Counted from the stretch's first letter, positions 1 through 9,194 are shown. The stretch is DNA of 32,000 nucleotides from Ignicoccus hospitalis KIN4/I (GCF_000017945.1 NC_009776.1:690001-722000), one strand, 5' to 3'. Made by a program: numbers and translations. Notes: generated by a model not told the origin, from the letters alone.

Positions 1-1
1 G

Positions 2-565
2 AGGACTGCGGAAAACCTCAGCATTCCCCTGACCGTCGGCGGAGGGGTCCGGAGCTTGGAGCATATAGAAAAACTGCTCAAGGCCGGCGCGGACAAAGTA
101 AGCATAAACACCGCCGCCGTGAAGAACCCCTTGCTAATAACTGCGGCCGCGGAGGAGTTCGGCTCCCAAGCAGTGGTCGTCGCGATAGACGCTAAAAGAA
201 AGGGAAACGGGTGGGAGGTTTACGTCAGCGCGGGCAAGGTGCCTACGGGGCTGGACGCAGTCGAGTGGGCGAAGAAGGCGGAGGAGTTAGGGGCCGGTGA
301 GATACTCCTTACCTCAATAGACTACGACGGGACCCAGAACGGGTACGACTTAGAACTGACGAGGGCGGTAAGCGAGGCAGTCAAGATACCGGTAATAGCT
401 TCTGGAGGCGCCGGCGAGCTCGAACACTTCTACGCAGTTCTAACTGAAGGGAAGGCTGACGCGGCACTGGCGGCGAGCGTTTTCCACTACGGTAAGTTCA
501 CCGTCGGAGATGTCAAAAAATACCTAATTCAGCGCGGAGTGCCGGTAAGGCCTTGTTGTTGGTAG
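2..565 (+). CDS. hisF: Imidazole glycerol phosphate synthase subunit HisF (5' end outside window)
   Basis: Frame stays open to base 2, giving [40 protein letters not shown]...; HisF motifs [44 protein letters not shown]. Confidence 0.96.
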   Translation, partial: RTAENLSIPLTVGGGVRSLEHIEKLLKAGADKVSINTAAVKNPLLITAAAEEFGSQAVVVAIDAKRKGNGWEVYVSAGKVPTGLDAVEWAKKAEELGAGEILLTSIDYDGTQNGYDLELTRAVSEAVKIPVIASGGAGELEHFYAVLTEGKADAALAASVFHYGKFTVGDVKKYLIQRGVPVRPCCW

Positions 566-912
566 GCTGCGTAGAGCTCCTTCATAGTCTTAGTTACTAG
601 GAAGTACTCAAACGCGTACGACGCGCTGATAGGGAGGGACATCAGCATTTTGTGAACGAAGCCAACGAAGGCTAAAACTAGCAGAAGGAAGAGCGAACCT
701 ATCGCGGGCCCCGCCTCATCAACTACAAAAGAAGCGACGACGCCTACTACGGTATAGTAAAGGCTCCACGAAATGAGGGTAGCTACGAGCAGCATGGGAT
801 TATAGACAATACCGAAGTAGACGCCCATGCCTAGCGCTAGGGGGAGAGAAAGTGAAAACGATATGATTAACCTGCCTCCGGCCCCCCACGGGACGCGGAC
901 CTTTGACGCCAA
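529..912 (-). CDS. Hypothetical small membrane protein (about 3-4 TM segments)
   Basis: 127 aa ORF filling the gap between hisF and the next gene, with hydrophobic segments [20 protein letters not shown] and [15 protein letters not shown]. Overlaps the hisF 3' end by 37 bp. Confidence 0.6.
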   Translation of the reverse strand: MASKVRVPWGAGGRLIISFSLSLPLALGMGVYFGIVYNPMLLVATLISWSLYYTVVGVVASFVVDEAGPAIGSLFLLLVLAFVGFVHKMLMSLPISASYAFEYFLVTKTMKELYAAYQQQGLTGTPR

Positions 913-1907
913 CGCTGTTCGCCGGCACGTCCTTCTTGGTGGCGCTTATAACGTCATACTTCGTAACGTTGAAGTGGATAGACGCCGCCAAGAGGAGGGA
1001 CTTGGTAGGCCGCGACGTCAACAAGCCTTACACCGTCTACGTCCCGGAGGCCGGCGGAGTGGGCTTCGTAATGGGGTTCTCCATGGGCGCGCTGGCGTCG
1101 GTCGCTCTAGGGACGTTCTTAGTCGATAGGAGCTCTTGGTGCCTATACGTCTTAGCGGCGCTCAACACGGTTCTGATGGCAGCGTTCATAGGTTTTATTG
1201 ACGATGTCTTGGGGTGGAAGAAGGGATTAAGTCATAGGGCTAAGGTCCTCTCAACCCTTCCCATAGCTATACCTTTAATGGCAATAAAGGCGGGCGTCAG
1301 CGTTATGTGTTTGCCCTTGATAGGTTGTTTGAACTTAGGGATCTTGTACCCCCTCTTGATCGTCCCCGTCGGCGTGGTGGGCGCCACTAACGCGTTTAAC
1401 ATGATAGCAGGGCTCAACGGGTTGGAAGCTGGAATGGCCTTAATAATACTCTCAACTTTGGGTGTTTTAGCCTATACCCACGGAAACCTCGCAGCTTTAA
1501 TTATATCCATATCAGCAGTAGGAGCTGCCTTGGGCTTTTTGAAGCTAAATTGGTACCCGGCGAGGGTGTTCCCGGGCGACGTCTTAACGTATTCAGTGGG
1601 CTCCGTCATAGCTACCGTAGCCGTAGTAGGGAACATGGAGGGCCCGGCGCTAATACTCTTCTTACCCTACTTCTTGGAGCTTGCGCTATACTTATACGGA
1701 AAGAAGAATGGAGTAGAGAAGGAGAGTTGGGGAAGGCCAGTGGGCGAATGCCTAGAGGTTCCGTACGACAAGCCCTACAGCGTGACGCACCTCGCTATGA
1801 AGGCTCTAAAAGCCTTGAAGGGGTGCGCGAAGGAAAAGGAGGTCGTTGAGCTCATACTTCTCGTCGAAGCAGCGCTAGCCGTTATAGTGTTGTACCTATA
1901 CAGTTAA
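903..1907 (+). CDS. MraY/WecA-family polyprenyl-phosphate N-acetylglucosaminyl-1-phosphate transferase-like protein (AglH/Alg7-like)
   Basis: Polytopic 334 aa; motifs DAAKRRDLVGRDVNK, GGVGFVMG, FIGFIDDVLGWKKGLSHRAKV, GATNAFNMIAGLNGLEAGM, FPGDVLTYSVGSVIATVAVVGNME. Confidence 0.9.
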   Translation: MTPTLFAGTSFLVALITSYFVTLKWIDAAKRRDLVGRDVNKPYTVYVPEAGGVGFVMGFSMGALASVALGTFLVDRSSWCLYVLAALNTVLMAAFIGFIDDVLGWKKGLSHRAKVLSTLPIAIPLMAIKAGVSVMCLPLIGCLNLGILYPLLIVPVGVVGATNAFNMIAGLNGLEAGMALIILSTLGVLAYTHGNLAALIISISAVGAALGFLKLNWYPARVFPGDVLTYSVGSVIATVAVVGNMEGPALILFLPYFLELALYLYGKKNGVEKESWGRPVGECLEVPYDKPYSVTHLAMKALKALKGCAKEKEVVELILLVEAALAVIVLYLYS

Positions 1908-1920
1908 CCCCGGGTCGCCC

Positions 1921-2316
1921 TTGGATGAGGAGAAGCTAAACGAAATCAGAAAGAAAATGTTAATAAATGCGCTGAAGAAGTCGTTCGAGTATTTCCCAAT
2001 AAGATACGCAATGCTTTGCTACGACACCATATTGAAGACGTTTAACATAGTCGTTAAGTTCGATGATAAGCCCTCTCTTCACGCGGCCGACTTGCACGAC
2101 TACATATACACGAGGTACGGCCTCGACCCGCGCTTCTACGTAGTTAACACGCTCAACCCGATGACGAGGGAGAGGATGTTGAAAGAGTGCGAGTTCGTAG
2201 AGGGCGACCGAGAGGAGTACCTAAGGGACTTGGAGGAGGCGGAGAGGGAGGCGAGGGAATTCGAACGGAACCTAAAGGACGTGGCTAAACTTTATGGAGT
2301 CCGAGGGAGCGAATGA
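1921..2316 (+). CDS. Hypothetical protein, charged, 131 aa
   Basis: TTG start, open frame with strong coding character (acidic/basic helix-rich C-terminus). Tandem after the glycosyltransferase. Confidence 0.65.
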   Translation: MDEEKLNEIRKKMLINALKKSFEYFPIRYAMLCYDTILKTFNIVVKFDDKPSLHAADLHDYIYTRYGLDPRFYVVNTLNPMTRERMLKECEFVEGDREEYLRDLEEAEREAREFERNLKDVAKLYGVRGSE

Positions 2317-3385
2317 GCTGGGACAAGACTCGCTTTATCCTCCCGTCTACTACGACTCTATGGTTACCTATGAGGCTAGGCTCGCCCTCCAGCTCAGCCC
2401 ATATCTGTGTCCTACACGCGTCCAGCTCCTCGCCCTCTACGGTAAGACCCTCTAGCAGCTCGTGGCCGAGCTTGCTCAGCCGTATCGAAGTAATCTCCTT
2501 GCCCTTGCTAACGTACCCTCTGATCGCGAGAGGGAGGCCCGTCTCGTAGTGATACGTGAGGTCGTACCGATCTAACAAAGTCAAGGGCGCGGTACAGTGG
2601 GCGAAGGCGACCAACTTCGCGTCTAAGTAATCTAAGTTGAAGATGCCCCCCACCCTCCCTCTGGCGGCGTAACTCAAAACTTGTGCAAGCAAGGAGTTAG
2701 TGTCGCCCTCACACGCCGTGGGCACGTTGGCGGAGTTTAACAAGGCCACGCTTAAGCAAGGCGTTACGGCAACGTCCTTCATCAATTCGAAACAACTTAT
2801 CGAGAGCGCCTTGTACCCCTTTAAGGTCTCGCTTAGGGCCACGTGCAGCTTAGCGGCCTTGACTAGGTCCTCGCGGCTCACTTCAACCTTAGTGGCGCCC
2901 ACTCCGATCGACTCGACTAAGTCCTTCACTTCGTCATCTTTCACCTCTTCGAACTTTTCGACTATTAACGACTTTTTGATGGATTCAATCTTAGCATCGA
3001 AGATATTCCTCAGATCTTCCTCCGTGTACCCGGGCGCGACCAACCAAGGGGCCTTCTGGCCCACCAAGGCTATCCGGGCGCCGAAGAACTTGTCCAGCCT
3101 GGTGAGGACCTTGAACGCTTCTTCCCTCTCCTCAGCTGACTTCACGAAGAATACTCCGGCCTTGGGTAGCGCGGCCGCCGCCTCTAGCGCTGCAGCCAAG
3201 GCGTTCCTCGAAGGTCCGGCAACCAACGCGAAGGCCTTTGGCTTGCACGCGTCGTAAGCCTCGAGCGCGTACCTTTCGGAGCCGCCGGTGAGCACCTCCA
3301 CTACTGTTAGCCCGCCATCGCCACGGCACTCCTCGCTCAAGCCTTGGTAACTCGCGCGCAGTACGTTCAAGACTCGCCCCCTCAA
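2285..3385 (-). CDS. L-fucose/L-arabinose isomerase-like protein
   Basis: 366 aa; overall layout and motifs SISCFELMKD, TPCLSVALLNSANVPTACEGDTNSLLAQ, GGIFNLDYLD, FAHCTAPL resemble fucose isomerase C-terminal family proteins of archaea. Confidence 0.75.
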   Translation of the reverse strand: MRGRVLNVLRASYQGLSEECRGDGGLTVVEVLTGGSERYALEAYDACKPKAFALVAGPSRNALAAALEAAAALPKAGVFFVKSAEEREEAFKVLTRLDKFFGARIALVGQKAPWLVAPGYTEEDLRNIFDAKIESIKKSLIVEKFEEVKDDEVKDLVESIGVGATKVEVSREDLVKAAKLHVALSETLKGYKALSISCFELMKDVAVTPCLSVALLNSANVPTACEGDTNSLLAQVLSYAARGRVGGIFNLDYLDAKLVAFAHCTAPLTLLDRYDLTYHYETGLPLAIRGYVSKGKEITSIRLSKLGHELLEGLTVEGEELDACRTQIWAELEGEPSLIGNHRVVVDGRIKRVLSQLIRSLGLHKV

Positions 3386-3428
3386 AGGGTTTTAACCTTC
3401 CTCATTAATCCTGCCGGGTGATGAGGAC

Positions 3429-3728
3429 TTGGTAAAGGCCCCGAAGGGGTGGAGGCACAGAACTAGGCACATTTATAGAAAAAGGGTGAGGGAGAAGGGC
3501 GCTGTTCCCCCGCTGAGCTTGGTGCTGATCGACTACAAGCCGGGCGACAAGGTGATAATAGACCCGAACCCGGCAATATGGTCGGGCTTGCCCCACAGGA
3601 GGTTCTGCGGGAAGGTGGGCGAAGTGGTGGGCAAGCGAGGAAAGGCGTACCTAGTGAAGGTCAGGGACGGCGACGTATACAAGACCATAATAGTTCGTCC
3701 AGAACACCTAAGGCCTTTCAAGCAGTAA
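3429..3728 (+). CDS. rpl21e: Large ribosomal subunit protein eL21 (L21e)
   Basis: MVKAPKGWRHRTRHIYRKRVREKGAVPPLSLVL..YKPGDKVIIDPNP...GKRGKAYLVKVRDGDVYKTIIVRPEHL; TTG start. Confidence 0.95.
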   Translation: MVKAPKGWRHRTRHIYRKRVREKGAVPPLSLVLIDYKPGDKVIIDPNPAIWSGLPHRRFCGKVGEVVGKRGKAYLVKVRDGDVYKTIIVRPEHLRPFKQ

Positions 3729-3764
3729 AAGGGTAGCTCTCCCCTCCTCCGTGGTAGGTAAGGG

Positions 3765-4217
3765 TTGACCCTTACGTGCATTAGCGTTGAAGAGAAGTTC
3801 CCCGCCGCCCACTATACCAACCCCCGTCTGAGCCCCGCGGGCACCCTTCACGGCCACAACTGGCGAGTGAAGGTCACCGTCTGTAAGGAGGGGGTCAGCG
3901 CTTGGGTCGTGGACGCGGTCAAGTTGCGCGAGGCCCTCAATGATATAATAGATCCTTTGCGCTTTAGCTTGCTGGTACCCGAGACTGACGCCAAGCTGTG
4001 GCTGGGGCCGAAGGGCCTAAAGGAGCTCTTGGAAGAGGCATTGGGAATAAGAGTTAGGGTGGCCGTTCTACCATATCCGATAGTGTCAGGAGAGATAGTA
4101 GCGCATTACGTATGTTCCCGCATCAAGGACGAGATCGACGCGGACTGTTGTAAGGTCGAGGTGGAGGAGTCGCCCGGAGAGGTGGCGACGTACGACGAGT
4201 GTGCCTTCACCTCGTAA
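3765..4217 (+). CDS. 6-pyruvoyl-tetrahydropterin synthase / QueD family protein
   Basis: VEEKFPAAHYT...GTLHGHNWRVKVTV...VVDAVKLREALNDIIDPL: characteristic PTPS/QueD His and VxxF-like motifs. Confidence 0.88.
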   Translation: MTLTCISVEEKFPAAHYTNPRLSPAGTLHGHNWRVKVTVCKEGVSAWVVDAVKLREALNDIIDPLRFSLLVPETDAKLWLGPKGLKELLEEALGIRVRVAVLPYPIVSGEIVAHYVCSRIKDEIDADCCKVEVEESPGEVATYDECAFTS

Positions 4218-4578
4218 ACCTATATATCGCTTTCTGAGGGGCTCCCGAGGGAAAGGGGCTTTGATCCTGCCACCCATAGATGAGGTAGTCAAAGTCTATT
4301 CGAAGTTTATAGACAAGGAGGACGTAGATTCTGCGAACAGGTTCTTGGCGTCAGTTGCGGCCATGGCGGCCTACTACGCGGCGGCCGAGGGAAAGGGGGA
4401 AGAAGTGAGGAAGTACATAGAAGAGTTAAGGGAAAAAATAGTTGAGGGGCCGGAGATGCTCAACCCCTACGTCTTCGGACTCTTAGGGGACCTCATAGAA
4501 GACCCGAGCGACTTGGAGGCGGTGAAGGAGAGGCTGAGGCTGATATGGGGCATGGACCAGCTCGGGTTAGAGGATTAA
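4201..4578 (+). CDS. Hypothetical alpha-helical protein
   Basis: 125 aa ORF; the N-terminal part up to about 4262 may be non-coding, with a possible TTG start near 4260. Compactly placed between two coding genes. Confidence 0.5.
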   Translation: MPSPRKPIYRFLRGSRGKGALILPPIDEVVKVYSKFIDKEDVDSANRFLASVAAMAAYYAAAEGKGEEVRKYIEELREKIVEGPEMLNPYVFGLLGDLIEDPSDLEAVKERLRLIWGMDQLGLED

Positions 4579-5114
4579 AGTGTCACTGCGGACGTCCGGC
4601 GATAATAAGGCACCCCTCCTCGGGGACGGCGTTATGTCCTAAGCACTTCCTCCGGTTAGTGGAGCGCAAGTTGTGGAACTCCTTTAAGGAATTGAAGTTG
4701 CGTTCGGACATAAGGGAGTACACTATAGATACCTCGTTGGGAGCGGTAGAGGCCCGCATGCTGGCTGAAGCTTTAAGGAGGCGTGGAATAAAGGTTGAAC
4801 TCGTGGAGGGCGGCGAGATAAGGGCTTTCTCCATAGACAAGGTGTTATACTTCCTTTTGAAAGCTTTCTACGAGAACGACGAAGAGGCCTTAGCTATGGC
4901 CGACCCCTACCGTTCCAAAAACCCCGCGTACGTATTGCTCCCATACGAGGTGGCCGTGTACGCTAAGCTCCGGGGCCTCGAGCCCCCTCCGGAGCCCTTC
5001 GAGGGGGCGCTCTGGAGGGTGGCTCTGGAGGTCTCCCTTCGGCAGCCCAGCGAGGCCTACTCAGCTTTGAAGGTAATACCTAAATTAAGGGAACTCTTCC
5101 CAATATCTCGTTAG
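4545..5114 (+). CDS. Zinc-finger protein related to the Ncs6/TtuA/Ctu1 tRNA 2-thiolation family, apparently without the PP-loop
   Basis: N-terminal CHCGRPAIIRHPSSGTALCPKHFLRLVERKL matches the CxxC..LCxxHF zinc finger of the family; C-terminal NPAYVLLPYEVAVYAKLRGLE resembles the 'R-KPL--i-EkEv-lYa' region. Confidence 0.65.
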   Translation: MGHGPARVRGLKCHCGRPAIIRHPSSGTALCPKHFLRLVERKLWNSFKELKLRSDIREYTIDTSLGAVEARMLAEALRRRGIKVELVEGGEIRAFSIDKVLYFLLKAFYENDEEALAMADPYRSKNPAYVLLPYEVAVYAKLRGLEPPPEPFEGALWRVALEVSLRQPSEAYSALKVIPKLRELFPISR

Positions 5115-5699
5115 GTTACGCCTCTTTAGGTACCTCATCGAGGTCTCCAAGTTCCGGTAGACGGTCGAGTGCATCTTCCCCTCTATTAACTCCTCTATAG
5201 CCCTCTTCGCGGCCTCCACGTTTTCGTACTCTCCTATTATCGCTATTATGCCGTCAGATATACTCAACTTGACTTTAGCTATTTCCTCTATATTCCTCTT
5301 GGCCTTGCCGTGCTTCCCTATAACCCTCCCCAAGATCCTCCTCAGTTCCTTGTCGTCCTTACGACTGAACAAAACGTCACGGAGGTCGATTATTTCCATT
5401 ACATATTCGTCCCTCAAGAGTAGCGAGGCGGTCTCAATGTCGAAGCCCAAAGCTATTGCTTGCAACAAGTTCTTGGCGTTTAAGAGGTCTAAAGAGGTGC
5501 TCTCGTCCGTAGGCTCTATTATAACCCTCCCCCCTTCTATTCTTATATTGGTCTTGGTTAGCCTCATGGCTTCTTCGAGGAGGTCCTTTCTCTTCATCAG
5601 CTTTCTCAAGGTTTCGGGCGGAAGGCCTAAGTAAAACCTCATCGGGGACGCGCTCAAACTTGCTGCCCCACGGGTATGACCTATCGGTGGTTTATTCAT
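5085..5699 (-). CDS. KH-domain RNA-binding protein, Dim2/Pno1/Krr1-like (archaeal ribosome biogenesis factor)
   Basis: LRRILGRVIGKHGKAKRNIEEIAKVKLSISDGIIAIIGEYENVEAAKRAIEELIEGKMHSTVYRNLE: typical archaeal Dim2 C-terminal KH domain. Actual start may be at M20. Confidence 0.9.
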   Translation of the reverse strand: MNKPPIGHTRGAASLSASPMRFYLGLPPETLRKLMKRKDLLEEAMRLTKTNIRIEGGRVIIEPTDESTSLDLLNAKNLLQAIALGFDIETASLLLRDEYVMEIIDLRDVLFSRKDDKELRRILGRVIGKHGKAKRNIEEIAKVKLSISDGIIAIIGEYENVEAAKRAIEELIEGKMHSTVYRNLETSMRYLKRRNLTRYWEEFP

Positions 5700-6584
5700 A
5701 TGTGGCCCTTAGAGGACAAGAGGCTTCTCGTGCTGAAGGACTCAATAGCGGTAGTCGTGGGTTACGAGCACCCTCCGGGCTGTTACGTGGCCTATCGCAA
5801 ATACGCCGTGGGCGCTGGGCCTTGGAGGGGCTTCCGGCGCTTAGTCAAGGAGTACTCGCCCGTGAGCGTGCTTAAGGGGCGCAGGGTATACGACCCCAAC
5901 TTCGGCAGCGAAGTCCCGTTGGTTTGCGCGGACGAAGTCGTGGAGGCGCCGGACCCCCTGAAGCGCTTCGAGGAAGTCTTGTCGGCCCCTAAGGACGAGT
6001 TGGAGTACAAGGTCTTGAAGTTTAGCAAGTTCTTGTCCGGGAGGGTCGGTTTGGGCGGCTCCTTGTTGCTTAAGATTCATCACGACCTCTCGGACGTAGA
6101 TCTATTGATCTACAGCGATCCCGTAGCTGCTTGGGAGAACCTCAAGAACAACGAGACACTCGAGCCCGAGACCTCTTGGGTGGTCAACGTCTCCAGAAGG
6201 CTTGGAATGCCCATCTCGACGGCAAAGAGGTTGTATTCAAAGGCCCTCAGAGCGAGGTTCGACGGAACGCCGATTTCCTTCTCGTACGTTAAAAGGAGCT
6301 TCGAGAGGTACGGCGCCAGCGCGGCGACCTTCGTGGGCTCCTTTGTGGGTGAACTGTTCTTAGACCCCTTGGACGAACGCGCGTTCTATTACCCTCATCG
6401 GAGGCGCGCGGGGGAAGTGGTGGTCGAGAGCTATGAGAGTGCGTTCTTGAAGGTACTCGTGGAATGTGAAAGGGTCAAGGTTAAGGGTGCTCTGTACGTT
6501 AAGCCTGACGGCACAAAAATCGTTAGAGTGGGCATTAAGGAGGTCGGGGGCTACGTGCTTCCAGCGCGACCTTGCCGTCTATAA
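5676..6584 (+). CDS. Predicted nucleotidyltransferase (Pol beta-like superfamily)
   Basis: GGSLLLKIHHDLSDVDLLIYSD fits the hG[GS]x(n)DhDhhh nucleotidyltransferase signature. Real start is probably the ATG near 5700. Confidence 0.7.
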   Translation: MTYRWFIHMWPLEDKRLLVLKDSIAVVVGYEHPPGCYVAYRKYAVGAGPWRGFRRLVKEYSPVSVLKGRRVYDPNFGSEVPLVCADEVVEAPDPLKRFEEVLSAPKDELEYKVLKFSKFLSGRVGLGGSLLLKIHHDLSDVDLLIYSDPVAAWENLKNNETLEPETSWVVNVSRRLGMPISTAKRLYSKALRARFDGTPISFSYVKRSFERYGASAATFVGSFVGELFLDPLDERAFYYPHRRRAGEVVVESYESAFLKVLVECERVKVKGALYVKPDGTKIVRVGIKEVGGYVLPARPCRL

Positions 6585-7143
6585 CAACTTTCACAGCCCT
6601 CGCCTTGCCCCAAGCGACCACCACGTCAGTCAACTTCGAGGGAGGGCATATGTCCAACCACGCCTTTATCTTCTTTATGTGGACGGTTACTAACAACGTG
6701 CTGTTCTCGTTAGCGACGTCTATCTGTACTCGTTTACAAATGGTGTTTTCTAAGGGATATATTACGACGGTCCCGTTGCCCTTAACTACCGAGTCTAGCA
6801 GTTGAGAGAACAAGTATCGACCCTCGCACGTGAAGTTAGACATAATCGTCGCGTTCCATATCACTTTAGGCTTCGCGGGCTGCAAAAGAGGCAAGGTCTC
6901 GATAACGCAGCCGGCGGGGGCGTCGGTAGGAACGTAGACCTTCAAGTAGGGGGTATCGCAAACAACCTTCACGTTCTCTCTGATGAGCGTGGCGTTGGGC
7001 GGGCGGGGGAGCAGCACCAAGCCCTCGTCCGTTATGGCTACCCAACCCCTCTCCGCCGGCGCGACCGCTCTCACTTCGGCGTTCAGCTCTACTGCGGCGA
7101 ACGCCAGCGCCAGGGAGAGCAAAGTAATAATTGCGGACTTCAT
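6535..7143 (-). CDS. Hypothetical exported protein
   Basis: N-terminal Sec-like signal MKSAIITLLSLALAFAAVELNA; no further recognised domain; overlaps the preceding gene's 3' end by 50 bp. Confidence 0.65.
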   Translation of the reverse strand: MKSAIITLLSLALAFAAVELNAEVRAVAPAERGWVAITDEGLVLLPRPPNATLIRENVKVVCDTPYLKVYVPTDAPAGCVIETLPLLQPAKPKVIWNATIMSNFTCEGRYLFSQLLDSVVKGNGTVVIYPLENTICKRVQIDVANENSTLLVTVHIKKIKAWLDICPPSKLTDVVVAWGKARAVKVVIDGKVALEARSPRPP

Positions 7144-7688
7144 CCCACCTTTCCGGCAGAGCGGCCGTGAGGAACGTAATAGCTCTGTTATTTGGATTGG
7201 GGCTGCTGTTAGCTGCGGGCTGCGACGACGGGAGCCCTCCTTCCCCCCAAGAGATAGTTCTAGATCATAACTTGCTCGTAGTTAAGGGCCTTACGGACCC
7301 TTGTAACGTGTCCAGAGTGGAGATAATAATTGTGAAGGATGGAACCACCACTACCTTATTGGAGACAGAACCCCTCAAGACTTCAGTCGACCTTCGAGCG
7401 ACCTTACCTCGGCCCCCCTTTACCCTCACTCTGGCCTACTCCGACGGCGCGGGCAACAACGGCACTTTGACTTGGACGGTCAGCTACTTGCCCTATACAC
7501 CCCACACATTGGAGAAGATGGTTATCACGGGAACTAAGGCGTTAGTTTTGGTGAACCCTCCTCCCGCTAGGCCCGCCTTGCCGGAGGAGTACGGCGACCC
7601 CAACTTCCAAAACGGCGCTTGGCTGTTGGTCGCCGGGGCGGCCTTTTTAGTCGGGCTCATACGGGCCTCGACTTCGAGAAGCTCATAA
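7131..7688 (+). CDS. Hypothetical exported, C-terminally anchored protein
   Basis: N-terminal hydrophobic VRNVIALLFGLGLLLAAGCDDG; C-terminal WLLVAGAAFLVGLIRASTSRSS; divergent from 6535..7143. Confidence 0.65.
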   Translation: MRTSSHLSGRAAVRNVIALLFGLGLLLAAGCDDGSPPSPQEIVLDHNLLVVKGLTDPCNVSRVEIIIVKDGTTTTLLETEPLKTSVDLRATLPRPPFTLTLAYSDGAGNNGTLTWTVSYLPYTPHTLEKMVITGTKALVLVNPPPARPALPEEYGDPNFQNGAWLLVAGAAFLVGLIRASTSRSS

Positions 7689-7723
7689 CTCTGTAGAGGG
7701 TTGCGTTAACGTAGGGCATAGAG

Positions 7724-8506
7724 TTGTCAGTGGCGCTCGTGGGCTCGAAGCGACTAAACAAGCATCTGATAAAACTGTTAAAAGATGACCAAGACGTTCA
7801 GAAGCTTTACCTATGCTGTATGAACTACAAGGACGTGGGTTCGTTGGTCGACGAAAAGACGGTAATAGTTGACGAGGACAAAGTATTCAAGCTAAAACCG
7901 AACGTAGTGGTTGAAGATATAGGGGCTAAGAGGGCTTTAGACATAATAAGGAAGTCCTTGGAGAGCTGCGCCCACGTAGTGGTGGTTAGCGCCGCAGTGT
8001 TCTCCGAGAAGAAGGTAGTGGAGGAGGTGGAGGCGTTGAGCGGGGAGTGCAAGAGATACGCCGTCGTGCCCTTCGGAGCGCTGCCCGCCATGGACGCGCT
8101 GGAAGCCCTCTCCCTAGACTCGCTAAAGGACGTGTCCATATGGATTAGGAGGAGCCCCGAACAGCTGAGCAACATCTTGCGGGAAGCCGGCTTGGAGCCC
8201 GAGGGGCTGAACTTACCCGTCACGGTCTACGAAGGCTCGGCGCTCGAGGAACTGATTAAGGTAAAGGAAGACATAAACACCTTAATGGCTGCAGTCTTGG
8301 CCGGGAGGCTCGACCCTACTACCAAAATAATTGCAGACAACATGGTGTCCGGCTCGGAATACAAGATCAAGATGACTTCAGAAGTAGCCGAAATAGAGGT
8401 CAAGGCTAAGTACAAAGTCCTAGATAAGATAAGCGAAATAATGATTTATTCCGTCTATAGGGCCGTCAAGAGGTTGCTGAAGGGTTGGGGAGTGGTGGTC
8501 CTCTGA
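7724..8506 (+). CDS. L-aspartate dehydrogenase (NadX/DUF108)-like protein, divergent and probably lacking the catalytic His
   Basis: VVPFGALPAMDALEALSLDSLKDVSIWIRRSP...LPVTVYEGSALEELIKVKEDINTLMAAVLAG...KIIADNMVSGSEYKIKM aligns by eye with the AspDH C-terminal domain. Confidence 0.7.
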   Translation: MSVALVGSKRLNKHLIKLLKDDQDVQKLYLCCMNYKDVGSLVDEKTVIVDEDKVFKLKPNVVVEDIGAKRALDIIRKSLESCAHVVVVSAAVFSEKKVVEEVEALSGECKRYAVVPFGALPAMDALEALSLDSLKDVSIWIRRSPEQLSNILREAGLEPEGLNLPVTVYEGSALEELIKVKEDINTLMAAVLAGRLDPTTKIIADNMVSGSEYKIKMTSEVAEIEVKAKYKVLDKISEIMIYSVYRAVKRLLKGWGVVVL

Positions 8507-9162
8507 AGGCGGCCGTGTTGACCTCCGGAGGCAAGGACAGTAACTACGCCGCTCACTGGGCGGCGCTTCACGGCTTCGAAATATGTTGTTTGCTAACCCT
8601 TAAGCCTCCCGAGGACTCCGAGCTCCTCCAGTTCAGCGCGGTAGAGACAGTGGGCTTACAAGCCAAGGCGATGGGCGTCGAGTGGATCTTCGAGGAGGGG
8701 GAAGAGGGCGCGGTAAGGGACCTAATGGTCGCGGCCCGAGAGCGGGGGGCGAGCTACTTGGTCTCGGGGGCCTTGCTTTCCGACTACCAGAGGCAGCGCT
8801 TAGGGTACTTCGCGAAGGAAGCGGGCCTCGTTCCGGTCAACCCCCTCTGGAGGGTAGACCAAGAGAAGTACATGAGGATGCTCATTAGACACGGCTTCGA
8901 GTTCATCCTAGTGAGGGTCGCCGCCGAAGGCTTGGGGCCGGAGTTCCTAGGAAGGGTAATAACTGCTGAAGACGTAGAGGAAATAATAAGGCGCGCGAGG
9001 AGGTACGGCTTCAACCCAGCCTTCGAGGGCGGCGAGGCGGAAACGCTGGTATTGAGAGCTCCTTTATATAAAAAGAAGATATACGTTGAAGGCGAAGTAG
9101 TCAAGAGGGGACCCGGGGACTGGGTATACGTAATTAGGAGGGCCGAATTAAGAGATCTATAA
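8485..9162 (+). CDS. dph6: Diphthine--ammonia ligase family ATP-pyrophosphatase (Dph6-like)
   Basis: [80 protein letters not shown]. Confidence 0.92.
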   Translation: MGSGGPLKAAVLTSGGKDSNYAAHWAALHGFEICCLLTLKPPEDSELLQFSAVETVGLQAKAMGVEWIFEEGEEGAVRDLMVAARERGASYLVSGALLSDYQRQRLGYFAKEAGLVPVNPLWRVDQEKYMRMLIRHGFEFILVRVAAEGLGPEFLGRVITAEDVEEIIRRARRYGFNPAFEGGEAETLVLRAPLYKKKIYVEGEVVKRGPGDWVYVIRRAELRDL

Positions 9163-9165
9163 AAA
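9158..9165 (+). promoter_or_regulatory. TATA-like element (ctataaaa) upstream of the SIS-domain gene
   Basis: Located about 30 nt before the ATG at 9195, consistent with a short-leader archaeal promoter. Confidence 0.5.
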
Positions 9166-9194
9166 CAGCCCCTCGGAGCGTCGCGAGGGACCAA

